Below are positions 19,661 to 28,824 of a DNA stretch of 44,324 bases, in pieces (the first letter of the stretch is position 1; every line of letters starts with the position of its first letter). The position numbers and the translations under genes were made by a program. The notes beneath the pieces were generated by a model that saw only the letters and a list, made by a program, of their open reading frames with translations, had not been told where the DNA came from and ran no database searches. This DNA is from Micrococcales bacterium (GTDB taxonomy: Bacteria > Actinomycetota > Actinomycetes > Actinomycetales > Microbacteriaceae), in NCBI GenBank assembly GCA_041303755.1, contig JBFYON010000035.1, positions 1-44,324 on the forward strand. The letters run 5' to 3'.

Positions 19661-20664
19661 TGAGCAATTGGTTCATGCCTGCTGAATGGGTTGCCCATGA
19701 GCGCACCTGGATGGCCTGGCCTTCATCGGGTTACACGCTTGGGGACACCAGCCAAGATTGGCAAGAAGCCAGAGAAACCTGGGCAGCGGTTGCCAACGCA
19801 ATCATTGAGTTTGAACCGGTTTCGATGCTTTGTGAATCTAAAGACTTCGATATCGCTAAATCTTTTCTTGATCCGCGGGTGGAACTTCTAGAAGCGGAAC
19901 TCGATGACGCATGGATGAGAGATATCGGTCCGACTTTTGTAAAAAATGCAGCAGGAGAACTGGCGGCAGTGAATTGGATATTCAATGGTTGGGGTGCGCA
20001 ACCATGGGCCAGCTGGGAGAAAGATTCAAAGATTGCCGGACTGATCGCTTCAAAGGCATCTGTTGAGCAAATAGATTCACCCCTCATCAACGAAGGCGGA
20101 GGGATCCACGTAAACGGAGAAGGCGCCGTATTACTTACTGAGACCGTTCAACTTGGTGAGGGCCGTAACTCAACCTGGTCACGAGCAGAAGTTGAAGCCG
20201 AGATTCACGAAAAACTTGGCACCAGCAAAGCAATTTGGCTTCGCCGAGGGCTGACTCGAGACTACGACGAGTTTGGAACAAGGGGCCACGTTGACATAGT
20301 TGCCTGTTTCGCCAGTCCAACAAAAATTCTTTTTCACAATCAAGAAGACCAGAGCCACCCCGACTATTCAGTAAGCCATGAGGTGAAAAGAACGCTAGAG
20401 GAATACGGTGGCTTTGAACTAATTCCTATAGCCGCGCCAACTGTCTTGCGAGACGAAGAAGGTTTCGTGGATTACAGCTACATCAATCACTACCTGGTGA
20501 ATGGCGGAGTGATCCTCTGCGGCTTCAATGACCCAAATGATGAGCGCGCTGTTGCTGCCCTTCAGCTCGCCTACCCTGACAGAAAAATAGTCCTAGTAGA
20601 CGCGCGACCGCTTTTCGCCAGGGGTGGCGGAATTCACTGCATAACTCAGCAGCAGCCTGCTTAA
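19660..20664 (+). CDS. aguA: Agmatine deiminase
   Basis: MPAEW, DDAWMRDIGP, FNGWG, EGG, GHVD, SYIN and GGGIHCITQQQP motifs. Confidence 0.95.
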   Translation: MSNWFMPAEWVAHERTWMAWPSSGYTLGDTSQDWQEARETWAAVANAIIEFEPVSMLCESKDFDIAKSFLDPRVELLEAELDDAWMRDIGPTFVKNAAGELAAVNWIFNGWGAQPWASWEKDSKIAGLIASKASVEQIDSPLINEGGGIHVNGEGAVLLTETVQLGEGRNSTWSRAEVEAEIHEKLGTSKAIWLRRGLTRDYDEFGTRGHVDIVACFASPTKILFHNQEDQSHPDYSVSHEVKRTLEEYGGFELIPIAAPTVLRDEEGFVDYSYINHYLVNGGVILCGFNDPNDERAVAALQLAYPDRKIVLVDARPLFARGGGIHCITQQQPA

Positions 20665-20667
20665 TCT

Positions 20668-21786
20668 TTAGGCGATTGCTTCTTTGAGCTCCTGAAAAGG
20701 TAACTCAGGGAAAGCATGCAAAACACCTGCGTAGGTGACCTTGCCTGCGTGGGTATTCAATCCCTTTGCAAGAGACTCGTCAGCCGCCAGTGCTGCCTTC
20801 CAACCCTTTTCGGCTAGCGACACAACGTATGGAAGTGTGGCATTGGTCAGTGCGCGAGTTGAGGTTGCCGGCACAGCGCCTGGCATGTTTGCTACACAGT
20901 AGTAAATGCTGTTGTGAACTTTATAAGTTGGATCGTCGTGTGTAGTAGCTCTTGAGTTTTCAAAACAGCCACCCTGGTCAATTGCAATGTCAACCAGAAC
21001 AGATCCAGGCTTCATACCCTTAACCATTTCATCGGTCACAAGCTTTGGAGCCTTTTCGCCCGGAATCAAAACAGAACCGATGACGAGATCAGCATCTTTT
21101 AGTTGTTCTGCGATTTCGAAAGCAGTTGATACACGTGTTCTAACCTGTCCGCCAAAGCGCGCATCAAGTTCGCGCAACTTTGGTAGTGAAATATCAATCA
21201 CTGTTACTTCGGCCTGCATGCCAAGCGCCATGGTAGCTGCATGTTCACCCGCAACTCCTCCGCCAATAACGACAACTTTTGCTTTAGGTGCACCTGGAAC
21301 TCCGCCCATCAATACACCGCGTCCACCCTCGTTCTTCATTAGTTGATACGCGCCGATTTGTGCGGACAATCTTCCAGCCACTTCGCTCATTGGTTGCAGC
21401 AGAGGAAGGGCTCGGTTAGGTAGTTGAACTGTTTCGTACGCGATTGAGGTGGTGCCAGCAGCAAGCAGCGCGTCGGTGCACTCGCGAGAAGCTGCCAAGT
21501 GTAGGTAGGTGAAGAGAACCTGATCTGCGCGCATCAAGTTGTATTCAGCCTTGATTGGCTCTTTCACCTTCAGCAGCAGATCACCAACAGACCAAATTTC
21601 CTCAGCAGTTGCCAGCAACTTGGCACCCTGAGCCTCATATTCGGCATCTGCAAATCCAGAGCCCAGCCCGGCACCGGCCTGAATGAATACCTCATGCCCT
21701 CTGCGAGTAAGTTCGTGCACGCCCGCCGGGGTGATTGCTACACGGTTTTCGTTGTTTTTGATCTCAGTTGGGATGCCTACGCGCAT
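20668..21786 (-). CDS. ald: Alanine dehydrogenase
   Basis: EIKNNENRV, KVKEP, YLHLAA, PMSEVAGR, DIAIDQGGCFE and CVANMPGAV motifs. Confidence 0.97.
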   Translation of the reverse strand: MRVGIPTEIKNNENRVAITPAGVHELTRRGHEVFIQAGAGLGSGFADAEYEAQGAKLLATAEEIWSVGDLLLKVKEPIKAEYNLMRADQVLFTYLHLAASRECTDALLAAGTTSIAYETVQLPNRALPLLQPMSEVAGRLSAQIGAYQLMKNEGGRGVLMGGVPGAPKAKVVVIGGGVAGEHAATMALGMQAEVTVIDISLPKLRELDARFGGQVRTRVSTAFEIAEQLKDADLVIGSVLIPGEKAPKLVTDEMVKGMKPGSVLVDIAIDQGGCFENSRATTHDDPTYKVHNSIYYCVANMPGAVPATSTRALTNATLPYVVSLAEKGWKAALAADESLAKGLNTHAGKVTYAGVLHAFPELPFQELKEAIA

Positions 21787-21802
21787 TTGTTCTACTCCTT
21801 GT

Positions 21803-21818
21803 GAATTTAGGTAAATTC
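21803..21818. promoter_or_regulatory. Palindrome in the divergent ald / Lrp-regulator promoter region
   Basis: Perfect inverted repeat GAATTTA-GG-TAAATTC in an AT-rich spacer. Confidence 0.4.
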
Positions 21819-21901
21819 TGCAAGAAATTCATTACAAACAGATTACAACCGTATATTTAGCCAAATCTGCTGTATTTTTGGTAATAAGTTCAGTTTGAAA
21901 G

Positions 21902-22387
21902 GTGAAAATCCAAGTGGCAACGAATAATCTGCAAAACGAATTAGATGAGATAGACCACGAGCTGCTTAGGCTTCTGACCCAAAACTCAAGAACGACCAAT
22001 GCCGACCTCGCCGCCGCGGTCGGAATTGCTCAATCTACCTGTATTACCCGGGTTAGATCTTTGGTTACTAGAGGAGTGATTCGCAGCTTCACCGCAAATG
22101 TAGATCCCACCGCTGTTGGGCTTTCTAGCCAGGTACTTATTTCTGTGACCCTCAGAGCGGGAGCGCGATCGCACCTCGCTGACTTTATGAAAGAAATGCG
22201 AAACTTGCCTGAAGTGATCCAGGTTTTCTTTCTCGGTGGATCTGAAGATTTCATTGTTCACCTGGCCGTAAGAGACAACGATCACGTTCGAGAATTTGTG
22301 CTCGAGAATCTTTCCAGCAACGCGACTGTTGCCTCTACAAGAACCAACATGGTTTTCGAGCACTTCCACAAGGGACCAGTTGCCTAG
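21902..22387 (+). CDS. Lrp/AsnC family regulator (AldR-like)
   Basis: HTH LDEID...RTTNADLAAAVGIAQSTC..RV and an effector domain; divergent from ald. Confidence 0.9.
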   Translation: MKIQVATNNLQNELDEIDHELLRLLTQNSRTTNADLAAAVGIAQSTCITRVRSLVTRGVIRSFTANVDPTAVGLSSQVLISVTLRAGARSHLADFMKEMRNLPEVIQVFFLGGSEDFIVHLAVRDNDHVREFVLENLSSNATVASTRTNMVFEHFHKGPVA

Positions 22388-22406
22388 TGCAATCTAGGAT
22401 AGAAAA

Positions 22407-22898
22407 ATGAACGAGCCTAGAGAATATGACATTGCGAAAGTTGAACAACAAGAAACAGCGTTAATTTTCAAGACATTCAATGAAGAAACTGCATGGCAGC
22501 TGGGTCTCGCCCTTAGATCAGAAGCTCAAAAGTATACGCAAGGCGTCGTTGTTGAAATTTGTCGCGGTGATGAGATTCTTTTTTTCACCGCAATGAGTGG
22601 CACGAGCGCCGACAACGCTGACTGGGCGCGCAGAAAAAGAAACTTGGTTAACCTGCTTGGGTTCAGTTCCTACCTAGTGGGATTAAAAGTGAAGTTTGAA
22701 GACGGCAACAATTTGATAGCTAATTTGGATGAAGCAGACTATGCCTGGCACGGCGGCTGCTTCCCTATCAAGGTTCTTGGTCAAGGGATGGTGGCAACTG
22801 CCACAATTTCAGGCCTGCCACAGCGTGATGACCATAAGTTAGTTTCGGATGTCATTGCCAACCACTTAGGTATCAACTTGGGCGAAAACGCCCTCTAA
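22407..22898 (+). CDS. UPF0303 / heme-degrading (GlcG/HbpS-like) domain protein
   Basis: F..FNEETAWQLG, DNADWARRKRN, HGGCFPI and SGLPQRDDH motifs. Confidence 0.85.
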   Translation: MNEPREYDIAKVEQQETALIFKTFNEETAWQLGLALRSEAQKYTQGVVVEICRGDEILFFTAMSGTSADNADWARRKRNLVNLLGFSSYLVGLKVKFEDGNNLIANLDEADYAWHGGCFPIKVLGQGMVATATISGLPQRDDHKLVSDVIANHLGINLGENAL

Positions 22899-22909
22899 AA
22901 TTTAGTTCC

Positions 22910-23392
22910 CTAATCCTTCAGCGCTGACTCTATGGCCTCGATCACTTCCGGTGCATCGGGCTTGGTCTTTGGTCTAAAGCGTTGAATCTCGCCACTTGGC
23001 AAAACCAGAAACTTTTCAAAATTCCACATCACTGGTCCAGCCAGGCCAGCAGAATCTTTAGCCTTCACTAATTCCTTGTATAGCTCGTGCCTGCCTCTGC
23101 CATTGACCTTAATTTTCTCGGTCATTGGAAAAGTGATACCCCAGGTGGCCGAGCAGTACTCACCGATTGCCTCGTTCGAGCCGAGCTCTTGCATGAACTG
23201 GTTAGAAGGCATCCCCAAGACCGTGAAGCCCCGCGCTGAATACTTCTTTTGGAGCTCTTCTAGAGCCTCGTATTGCGGCGTTAATCCGCACCGTGAAGCC
23301 ACGTTGACCACAAGCACGGTCTTTCCGGCAAACTCAGCAAAGGTCGTTTTGCGACCGTCCAACATGGTCAATTCGGCTTCTTTTAGGCTCAT
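22910..23392 (-). CDS. Glutathione peroxidase family protein (Cys-type)
   Basis: VVNVASRCGLTPQY, PSNQF and WNFEKFLV motifs. Confidence 0.93.
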   Translation of the reverse strand: MSLKEAELTMLDGRKTTFAEFAGKTVLVVNVASRCGLTPQYEALEELQKKYSARGFTVLGMPSNQFMQELGSNEAIGEYCSATWGITFPMTEKIKVNGRGRHELYKELVKAKDSAGLAGPVMWNFEKFLVLPSGEIQRFRPKTKPDAPEVIEAIESALKD

Positions 23393-23410
23393 AGGGTAAT
23401 CAAGTCCTAA

Positions 23411-24757
<1,347 letters not shown>

Positions 24758-24768
24758 AAGGAGACCAC

Positions 24769-24985
24769 ATGAAGGTGCACGGAAAAACTATCATTGTGAC
24801 CGGCGCTGGAAATGGCATTGGCCGAGAGGTTTCACTGGAACTTTTGCGCAGGGGCGCAAAAGTAGAAGAAAGCAAACCGGATTTACATTGGTAGCGATTC
24901 TAAGTTGATGGGGTATCTGACTCGTCTGGCTCCAGATTTTGCTGCAAATCTTATCTACAAGAATATGAAGTCACTTCTTGGTTGA
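24769..24985 (+). pseudogene. Internally deleted short-chain dehydrogenase (SDR) remnant
   Basis: SD AAGGAG, then MKVHGKTIIVTGAGNGIGREVSLELLRRGAKV (TGxxxGIG), stopping after 41 codons. Another frame continues RIYIGSDSKLMGYLTRLAPDFAANLIYKNMKSLLG*, an SDR-like C-terminus. The catalytic core is missing. Confidence 0.8.
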
Positions 24986-25453
24986 ATCTTTCTTGGTTGA
25001 ATCTTTCTTCGTAGCAAATGCAAATGTGGCAAGACCAATGACTAAGGCTCCAGCTCCAAGGCCATGAGCGGCAACTTCTGAAGCGCGATTGACATCTACA
25101 AAAACGCCCACAAACACCACTGCAATAATTGCAACCACAACACCGATGAGCTTTGATTTGAGATCATCTAGGTCGTTGATTTGCAACCAGGTAGGCACCT
25201 CTAGCTCAGTATCTACAAAAAGTTCATAGAGCCCGTAGCCAATAACCAGAAGAACTGTTCCAAGAAGGATTGCGTCAACCGCGGTAAGAACATCAACAAT
25301 GGTGTCTTTCAGGTAGCCCTGGTTTGCGATTGCGTCAACTACTACCTTCAAAATCTCTAGCGATCCCTGTGCCATAAGCAACAAAGCTCCAATCACAGAG
25401 GCAATGGCAGGTACAACGACTGCATATCTTGTGAGTCCCAATATTTTTCGCAT
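24971..25453 (-). CDS. YqhA (UPF0114) family membrane protein
   Basis: VDAILLG.VL...GYGLYELFV and WL.I.DLDDLK.KL motifs; start set at ATG 25453. Confidence 0.85.
   Translation of the reverse strand: MRKILGLTRYAVVVPAIASVIGALLLMAQGSLEILKVVVDAIANQGYLKDTIVDVLTAVDAILLGTVLLVIGYGLYELFVDTELEVPTWLQINDLDDLKSKLIGVVVAIIAVVFVGVFVDVNRASEVAAHGLGAGALVIGLATFAFATKKDSTKKDSTKK
24975..25009. repeat. 15-bp tandem repeat (2.3 copies) encoding KKDST
   Basis: TTCTTGGTTGAATCT twice, then TTCTT; gives the YqhA tail KKDSTKKDSTKK. Confidence 0.9.
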
Positions 25454-25604
25454 GTGCTCTTTATAGCACGGTCCAGTCAAACACCTCGGAAACTATGCGT
25501 TTCAGGCGTCCTGAGGAATTCTTACTTAGCAGGTGTAGCCTGAAATCATCGGGCATCTTTGCTCAATGGAATTAAGGGAAACACCCAATTAGAAGGAGCC
25601 ACTA

Positions 25605-26408
25605 ATGGCAAAAAAGATTCGTTCATCGGCCGAGCAGATTACCCGGCTTAGAAAGTACAACATTGTTGCCGGATTTTTGCACCTAATTCAAGCAAGTGTT
25701 TTTGGTTTCTTTCTAACTCAGTTGGACTACCAAGTTCTATTTGGAACCACGGTGGATTACATGACTGGACCCCCAGGATCGCCGCTGCCTCCAGAGCGTG
25801 TTGTGCTATTTGAAATCAACTTAGGTATTGGCGTTGTTGCCTTCTTGTTCTTGTCGGCTTTTTTCCACTTCCTTATTTCCTCACCAACCTTCTTTCCCCG
25901 ATATGCTGCGGGCCTACAGAAGAATCACAACTACTTCCGTTGGGTTGAGTATTCACTGAGTTCATCCTTGATGATTTGGCTAATTGCTCAGCTAACCGGA
26001 ATTTCTGATTTTGCGGCACTTGTATCGATCTTTGCCGTGAATGCTTCCATGATTTTCTTCGGTGCTCTCCAAGAAAAGTACGAAGTTCCCGGCAACGGAA
26101 AGGGTTTGCCTTTCATCATGGGCTCGATGACGGGAATCGTACCTTGGCTATTGATTGGCCTCTATACCCTGCAGCCAGGCTCGACCAATGCGGCTGAGGT
26201 TCCAGGGTTTGTTATCGGAATTATTGTTTCGCTATTTGTATTTTTCAACACCTTCGCAATCAATCAGGCACTGCAATACAAGCAGATTGGTTCATGGGCA
26301 AACTATCTAAAGGGTGAGCGCACTTACATCACGCTGTCTTTGGCTGCCAAGAGCATCCTTGCTTGGCAAGTTTTCTCGGGAGCAATAATCCCTGCACTAA
26401 CCGCTTAG
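25605..26408 (+). CDS. Heliorhodopsin
   Basis: 7-TM pattern with H26 (FLHLIQA), H88 (FFHFL), NYFRWVEYSLSSSLM (R112, E115), GERTY and SLAAK (retinal Lys249); strong SD AGAAGGAG. Confidence 0.95.
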   Translation: MAKKIRSSAEQITRLRKYNIVAGFLHLIQASVFGFFLTQLDYQVLFGTTVDYMTGPPGSPLPPERVVLFEINLGIGVVAFLFLSAFFHFLISSPTFFPRYAAGLQKNHNYFRWVEYSLSSSLMIWLIAQLTGISDFAALVSIFAVNASMIFFGALQEKYEVPGNGKGLPFIMGSMTGIVPWLLIGLYTLQPGSTNAAEVPGFVIGIIVSLFVFFNTFAINQALQYKQIGSWANYLKGERTYITLSLAAKSILAWQVFSGAIIPALTA

Positions 26409-26414
26409 AGCGAA

Positions 26415-27395
26415 CTAGTTTTTGTTTAGCCAAGAAAGAACTTCTTGGCTAAACAATGCTGGGTTCTCTTCTTGAGGAAGGTGCGCCGTTTTAGGAATGA
26501 TCACCAAGTTATTATTTGAAATCAATTTGGAAAGTTTCACCGTATCTTCTGTGGGAACCACAGTATCGAACTCACCGGTTACTAACAGAGTCGGCATTTT
26601 GAGGGAACTTACATTTTCTAGGAACTGATTATCTCTTGGTGCGTTGGTGAATTCCCAGAATGCTCGTTCCCATCCCTTGATCTTTAGGGGTGCGTTGTAG
26701 CCGGCTACCACTGCCTTGGTTAGTTGTTTTTTGTCGTAGTAACTCTCTTCAAGAAGTGCGTTTCCGCTACTTGCGATTCCCTGGACAAGAACTGGCCCCA
26801 GAGCATCAATCTGCGGCAATACCCTAAGGGAACTCAACCAAGATGCGCCGCCAGAATTGAAAACTGCTGGGGCAACCAGAATCAATCTGTCTACCAGGTC
26901 TGAATGCAGCCGCGCGAACTCTGCTGCCAGCAAACCACCGGCGGAATGTCCGGCAACAATTACTTCGTGATCTTTCGCATAACTATTTATTAAACCCTTG
27001 AGGAGCTCTATGTTGCCGACAAGGCCATAGGGATTCTCGCCGTACCAGCTGATGGGTCTGTCAGTAAATCCAAAGGCTGGTCGGTCATATGCAACCACAT
27101 CCCCCACACTGCTAAGTGAAGTCATCACATCTCGCCAAGAAAAAGTACTTGCTCCAAACCCGTGCAGCAGAAAGATCACTGGCACCTGGTTAGCGGTTAC
27201 AGATTTGCCTGAGTATTTGACTTCGGCTACATGGACATTTAGTTGGCCAACTCTAGTGAACTGAGCACTGGAGCCTGCGGCCTCGATATTTGTTTGAGTT
27301 CCACTCGACCTGAATGGAATGGCTAATGGAACTACAAGAAAGGCAACCAGTCCGGAAGCTAGGGCCAAGAGCATGATTCGTCGAAATGTGCGCAT
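26415..27395 (-). CDS. Alpha/beta-fold hydrolase with N-terminal membrane anchor
   Basis: LLHGFGAS, YDRPAFG, nucleophile elbow GHSAGG, D..VP and AHLPQEE. Confidence 0.92.
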   Translation of the reverse strand: MRTFRRIMLLALASGLVAFLVVPLAIPFRSSGTQTNIEAAGSSAQFTRVGQLNVHVAEVKYSGKSVTANQVPVIFLLHGFGASTFSWRDVMTSLSSVGDVVAYDRPAFGFTDRPISWYGENPYGLVGNIELLKGLINSYAKDHEVIVAGHSAGGLLAAEFARLHSDLVDRLILVAPAVFNSGGASWLSSLRVLPQIDALGPVLVQGIASSGNALLEESYYDKKQLTKAVVAGYNAPLKIKGWERAFWEFTNAPRDNQFLENVSSLKMPTLLVTGEFDTVVPTEDTVKLSKLISNNNLVIIPKTAHLPQEENPALFSQEVLSWLNKN

Positions 27396-27428
27396 ATCAA
27401 ACTATAGATATAGATGCTGCAAAAGCGA

Positions 27429-27456
27429 GCGCCCTCGGCAGGAATCGAACCTGCGA
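27429..27456 (-). repeat. 28-bp exact copy of the tRNA-Arg 3' portion (att-like direct repeat)
   Basis: GCGCCCTCGGCAGGAATCGAACCTGCGA is identical at 27429-27456 and 27841-27868. Confidence 0.95.
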
Positions 27457-27478
27457 GTTGGTAACTCAAAGGGTCGAA

Positions 27479-27820
27479 TTACAGCCCCTTGTATGAAGTT
27501 ATCGAGGTTATTTTTAGACGCTCGCCAAAAGTAAGTACGTCCACCACCCGCAATCTCTCCGCCTTGTTTACTACGATTTCTACTTCGGCAGCAACACCGG
27601 TGTCAGAGCTGTATAGGCGCAGTACTTGAATGGAAAGAAATTTAGCCTGCTCAAAATTCTTGGCAAACTCTTGAAGGGCTTGGGGTTTTCCAGCAACTTC
27701 AAGATTCCAATCTCTGACCACCACTTCCTCTGCCATCATATTGGAGATTATCTGGAGGTCCTTCGCCTGATAGGCCGCCAAGAACTCTCTCGCAATGTCT
27801 TCAAGCTGAGTCTGTACCAT
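27479..27820 (-). CDS. SnoaL-like / NTF2-family protein
   Basis: Pattern AREFLAAYQAKDL...MAEEVVVRDW...G...LRVVDVLTF...KITSITSYKG; SD AGGAG upstream. Confidence 0.8.
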   Translation of the reverse strand: MVQTQLEDIAREFLAAYQAKDLQIISNMMAEEVVVRDWNLEVAGKPQALQEFAKNFEQAKFLSIQVLRLYSSDTGVAAEVEIVVNKAERLRVVDVLTFGERLKITSITSYKGL

Positions 27821-27838
27821 GGGTCTCCTGATGAATTT

Positions 27839-27914
27839 TGGCGCCCTCGGCAGGAATCGAACCTGCGACCAAGAGATTAGAAGGCTCTTGCTCTATCCAC
27901 TGAGCTACGAGGGC
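27839..27914 (-). tRNA. tRNA-Arg(UCU)
   Basis: GCCCTCGTAGCTCAGTGGATAGAGCAAGAGCCT-TCT-AATCTCTTGGTCGCAGGTTCGATTCCTGCCGAGGGCGCCA. Confidence 0.96.
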
Positions 27915-27981
27915 ATTGGACCATGCTTCTGGGCCGCCCTTAGTTTATCTTGTGCTGGTGCAGCAAGGTTAGAGTTAGAGC

Positions 27982-28824
27982 GTGATTATGCGGCTACTAA
28001 CCATTTCAAGACCAGTCCTCTGGATTAACACCATCGGCACCACGATGATGGCTGTCTGGCTCACGGGTGAATTGTGGAGATGGGATGCCATCTGGCTGCT
28101 GTTGTGGGTTACTCTTCCATTCAATTTATTGATTTATGGAATCAACGATATTTTTGATCAAGAAACAGACAACATAAACATTCGCAAGGGCGGCTTTGGT
28201 GGGGCCAAAATTGACCCTCGCGAAGTCCCCTGGATTTCATGGGGCGTTGTGCTACTGAACGCACCGTTCTTAATTTTCTTTGGACTGAATTATTCGCTAG
28301 AGGCAAATCTTTGGATTTGGGCGTACAGCCTAACCTTCCTGTTTTACTCCGCCCCACCGTTGAGATTCAAAGGGCGCCCGTATCTGGATTCAATTAGCAA
28401 CGCTGATTATGCTTTCCCACTGGCAATTGTTCCCCTTGCGCTTGCCGAAGAACCGGCCTGGCTTGCAGTATTCGCACTTATGGCGTGGAGTTTGGCAAAA
28501 CATACCTATGACGCAATTCAAGACATAGAGGAAGATGCTTTTGTAGGTATAAAAACTACTGCAGTTCACCTGGGTGCAAGAAAATCTTTGCTCTGGGTTG
28601 GTTTCTGGTGGATTGTCTCAACTGTGATGTTTTTCTTCGTAAATATTCCACTGGCACTTGCAAACCTGGCCTATGCCGCTTGGTTGATCTGGCTCATTCA
28701 ACAAGATGATTCTGGAAGCAACGCCAAAAGGGTCTACAAGTATTCTGTTGCTTTCCCTTATGTCGTAGGCACTGTGGCTGGATTCCAATTAGTGGTTGCA
28801 GTTGTATTTGGAATGTTCGAATAA
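27982..28824 (+). CDS. UbiA-family prenyltransferase, lycopene elongase (CrtEb/LyeJ)-like
   Basis: SRP..WIN, YGINDIFDQETD..N.RKGG, YSAPPLRFK.RP.LDS and AIQDIEED..GIKTTA; overlaps a CrtI-family gene by 1 nt. Confidence 0.8.
   Translation: MIMRLLTISRPVLWINTIGTTMMAVWLTGELWRWDAIWLLLWVTLPFNLLIYGINDIFDQETDNINIRKGGFGGAKIDPREVPWISWGVVLLNAPFLIFFGLNYSLEANLWIWAYSLTFLFYSAPPLRFKGRPYLDSISNADYAFPLAIVPLALAEEPAWLAVFALMAWSLAKHTYDAIQDIEEDAFVGIKTTAVHLGARKSLLWVGFWWIVSTVMFFFVNIPLALANLAYAAWLIWLIQQDDSGSNAKRVYKYSVAFPYVVGTVAGFQLVVAVVFGMFE

Larger units (their letters stand above)
27429..27868. mobile_element. Miniature tRNA-integrated islet (one gene, no integrase)
   Basis: Direct repeats of the tRNA 3' end, 412 bp apart and on the downstream side of the tRNA, enclose a single ORF. 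Confidence 0.6.

Noticed and set aside
3579-23392. Apparent oxidative-stress island (nei, globin, msrA, trxA, gpx)
   Set aside because: The genes are scattered on both strands among housekeeping genes, and I found no shared motif.
25505-25520. GGCGTCCTGAGGAATT loosely resembles the tRNA-Arg repeat (GGCGCCCTCGGCAGGAATC) and could be an older att scar bounding the heliorhodopsin-hydrolase block
   Set aside because: It needs a gap and mismatches over about 16 nt, so it cannot be told from chance without comparative genomes.
25605-26408. Actinorhodopsin or other proton-pumping type-1 rhodopsin
   Set aside because: It lacks the helix C DTE/DTD motif and DxxxK; RWVEYS and SLAAK are heliorhodopsin signatures.
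27429-27868. CRISPR-like array from the 28-bp direct repeat
   Set aside because: Only two copies, a 384-bp gene-containing spacer, tRNA-derived sequence, and no cas genes.
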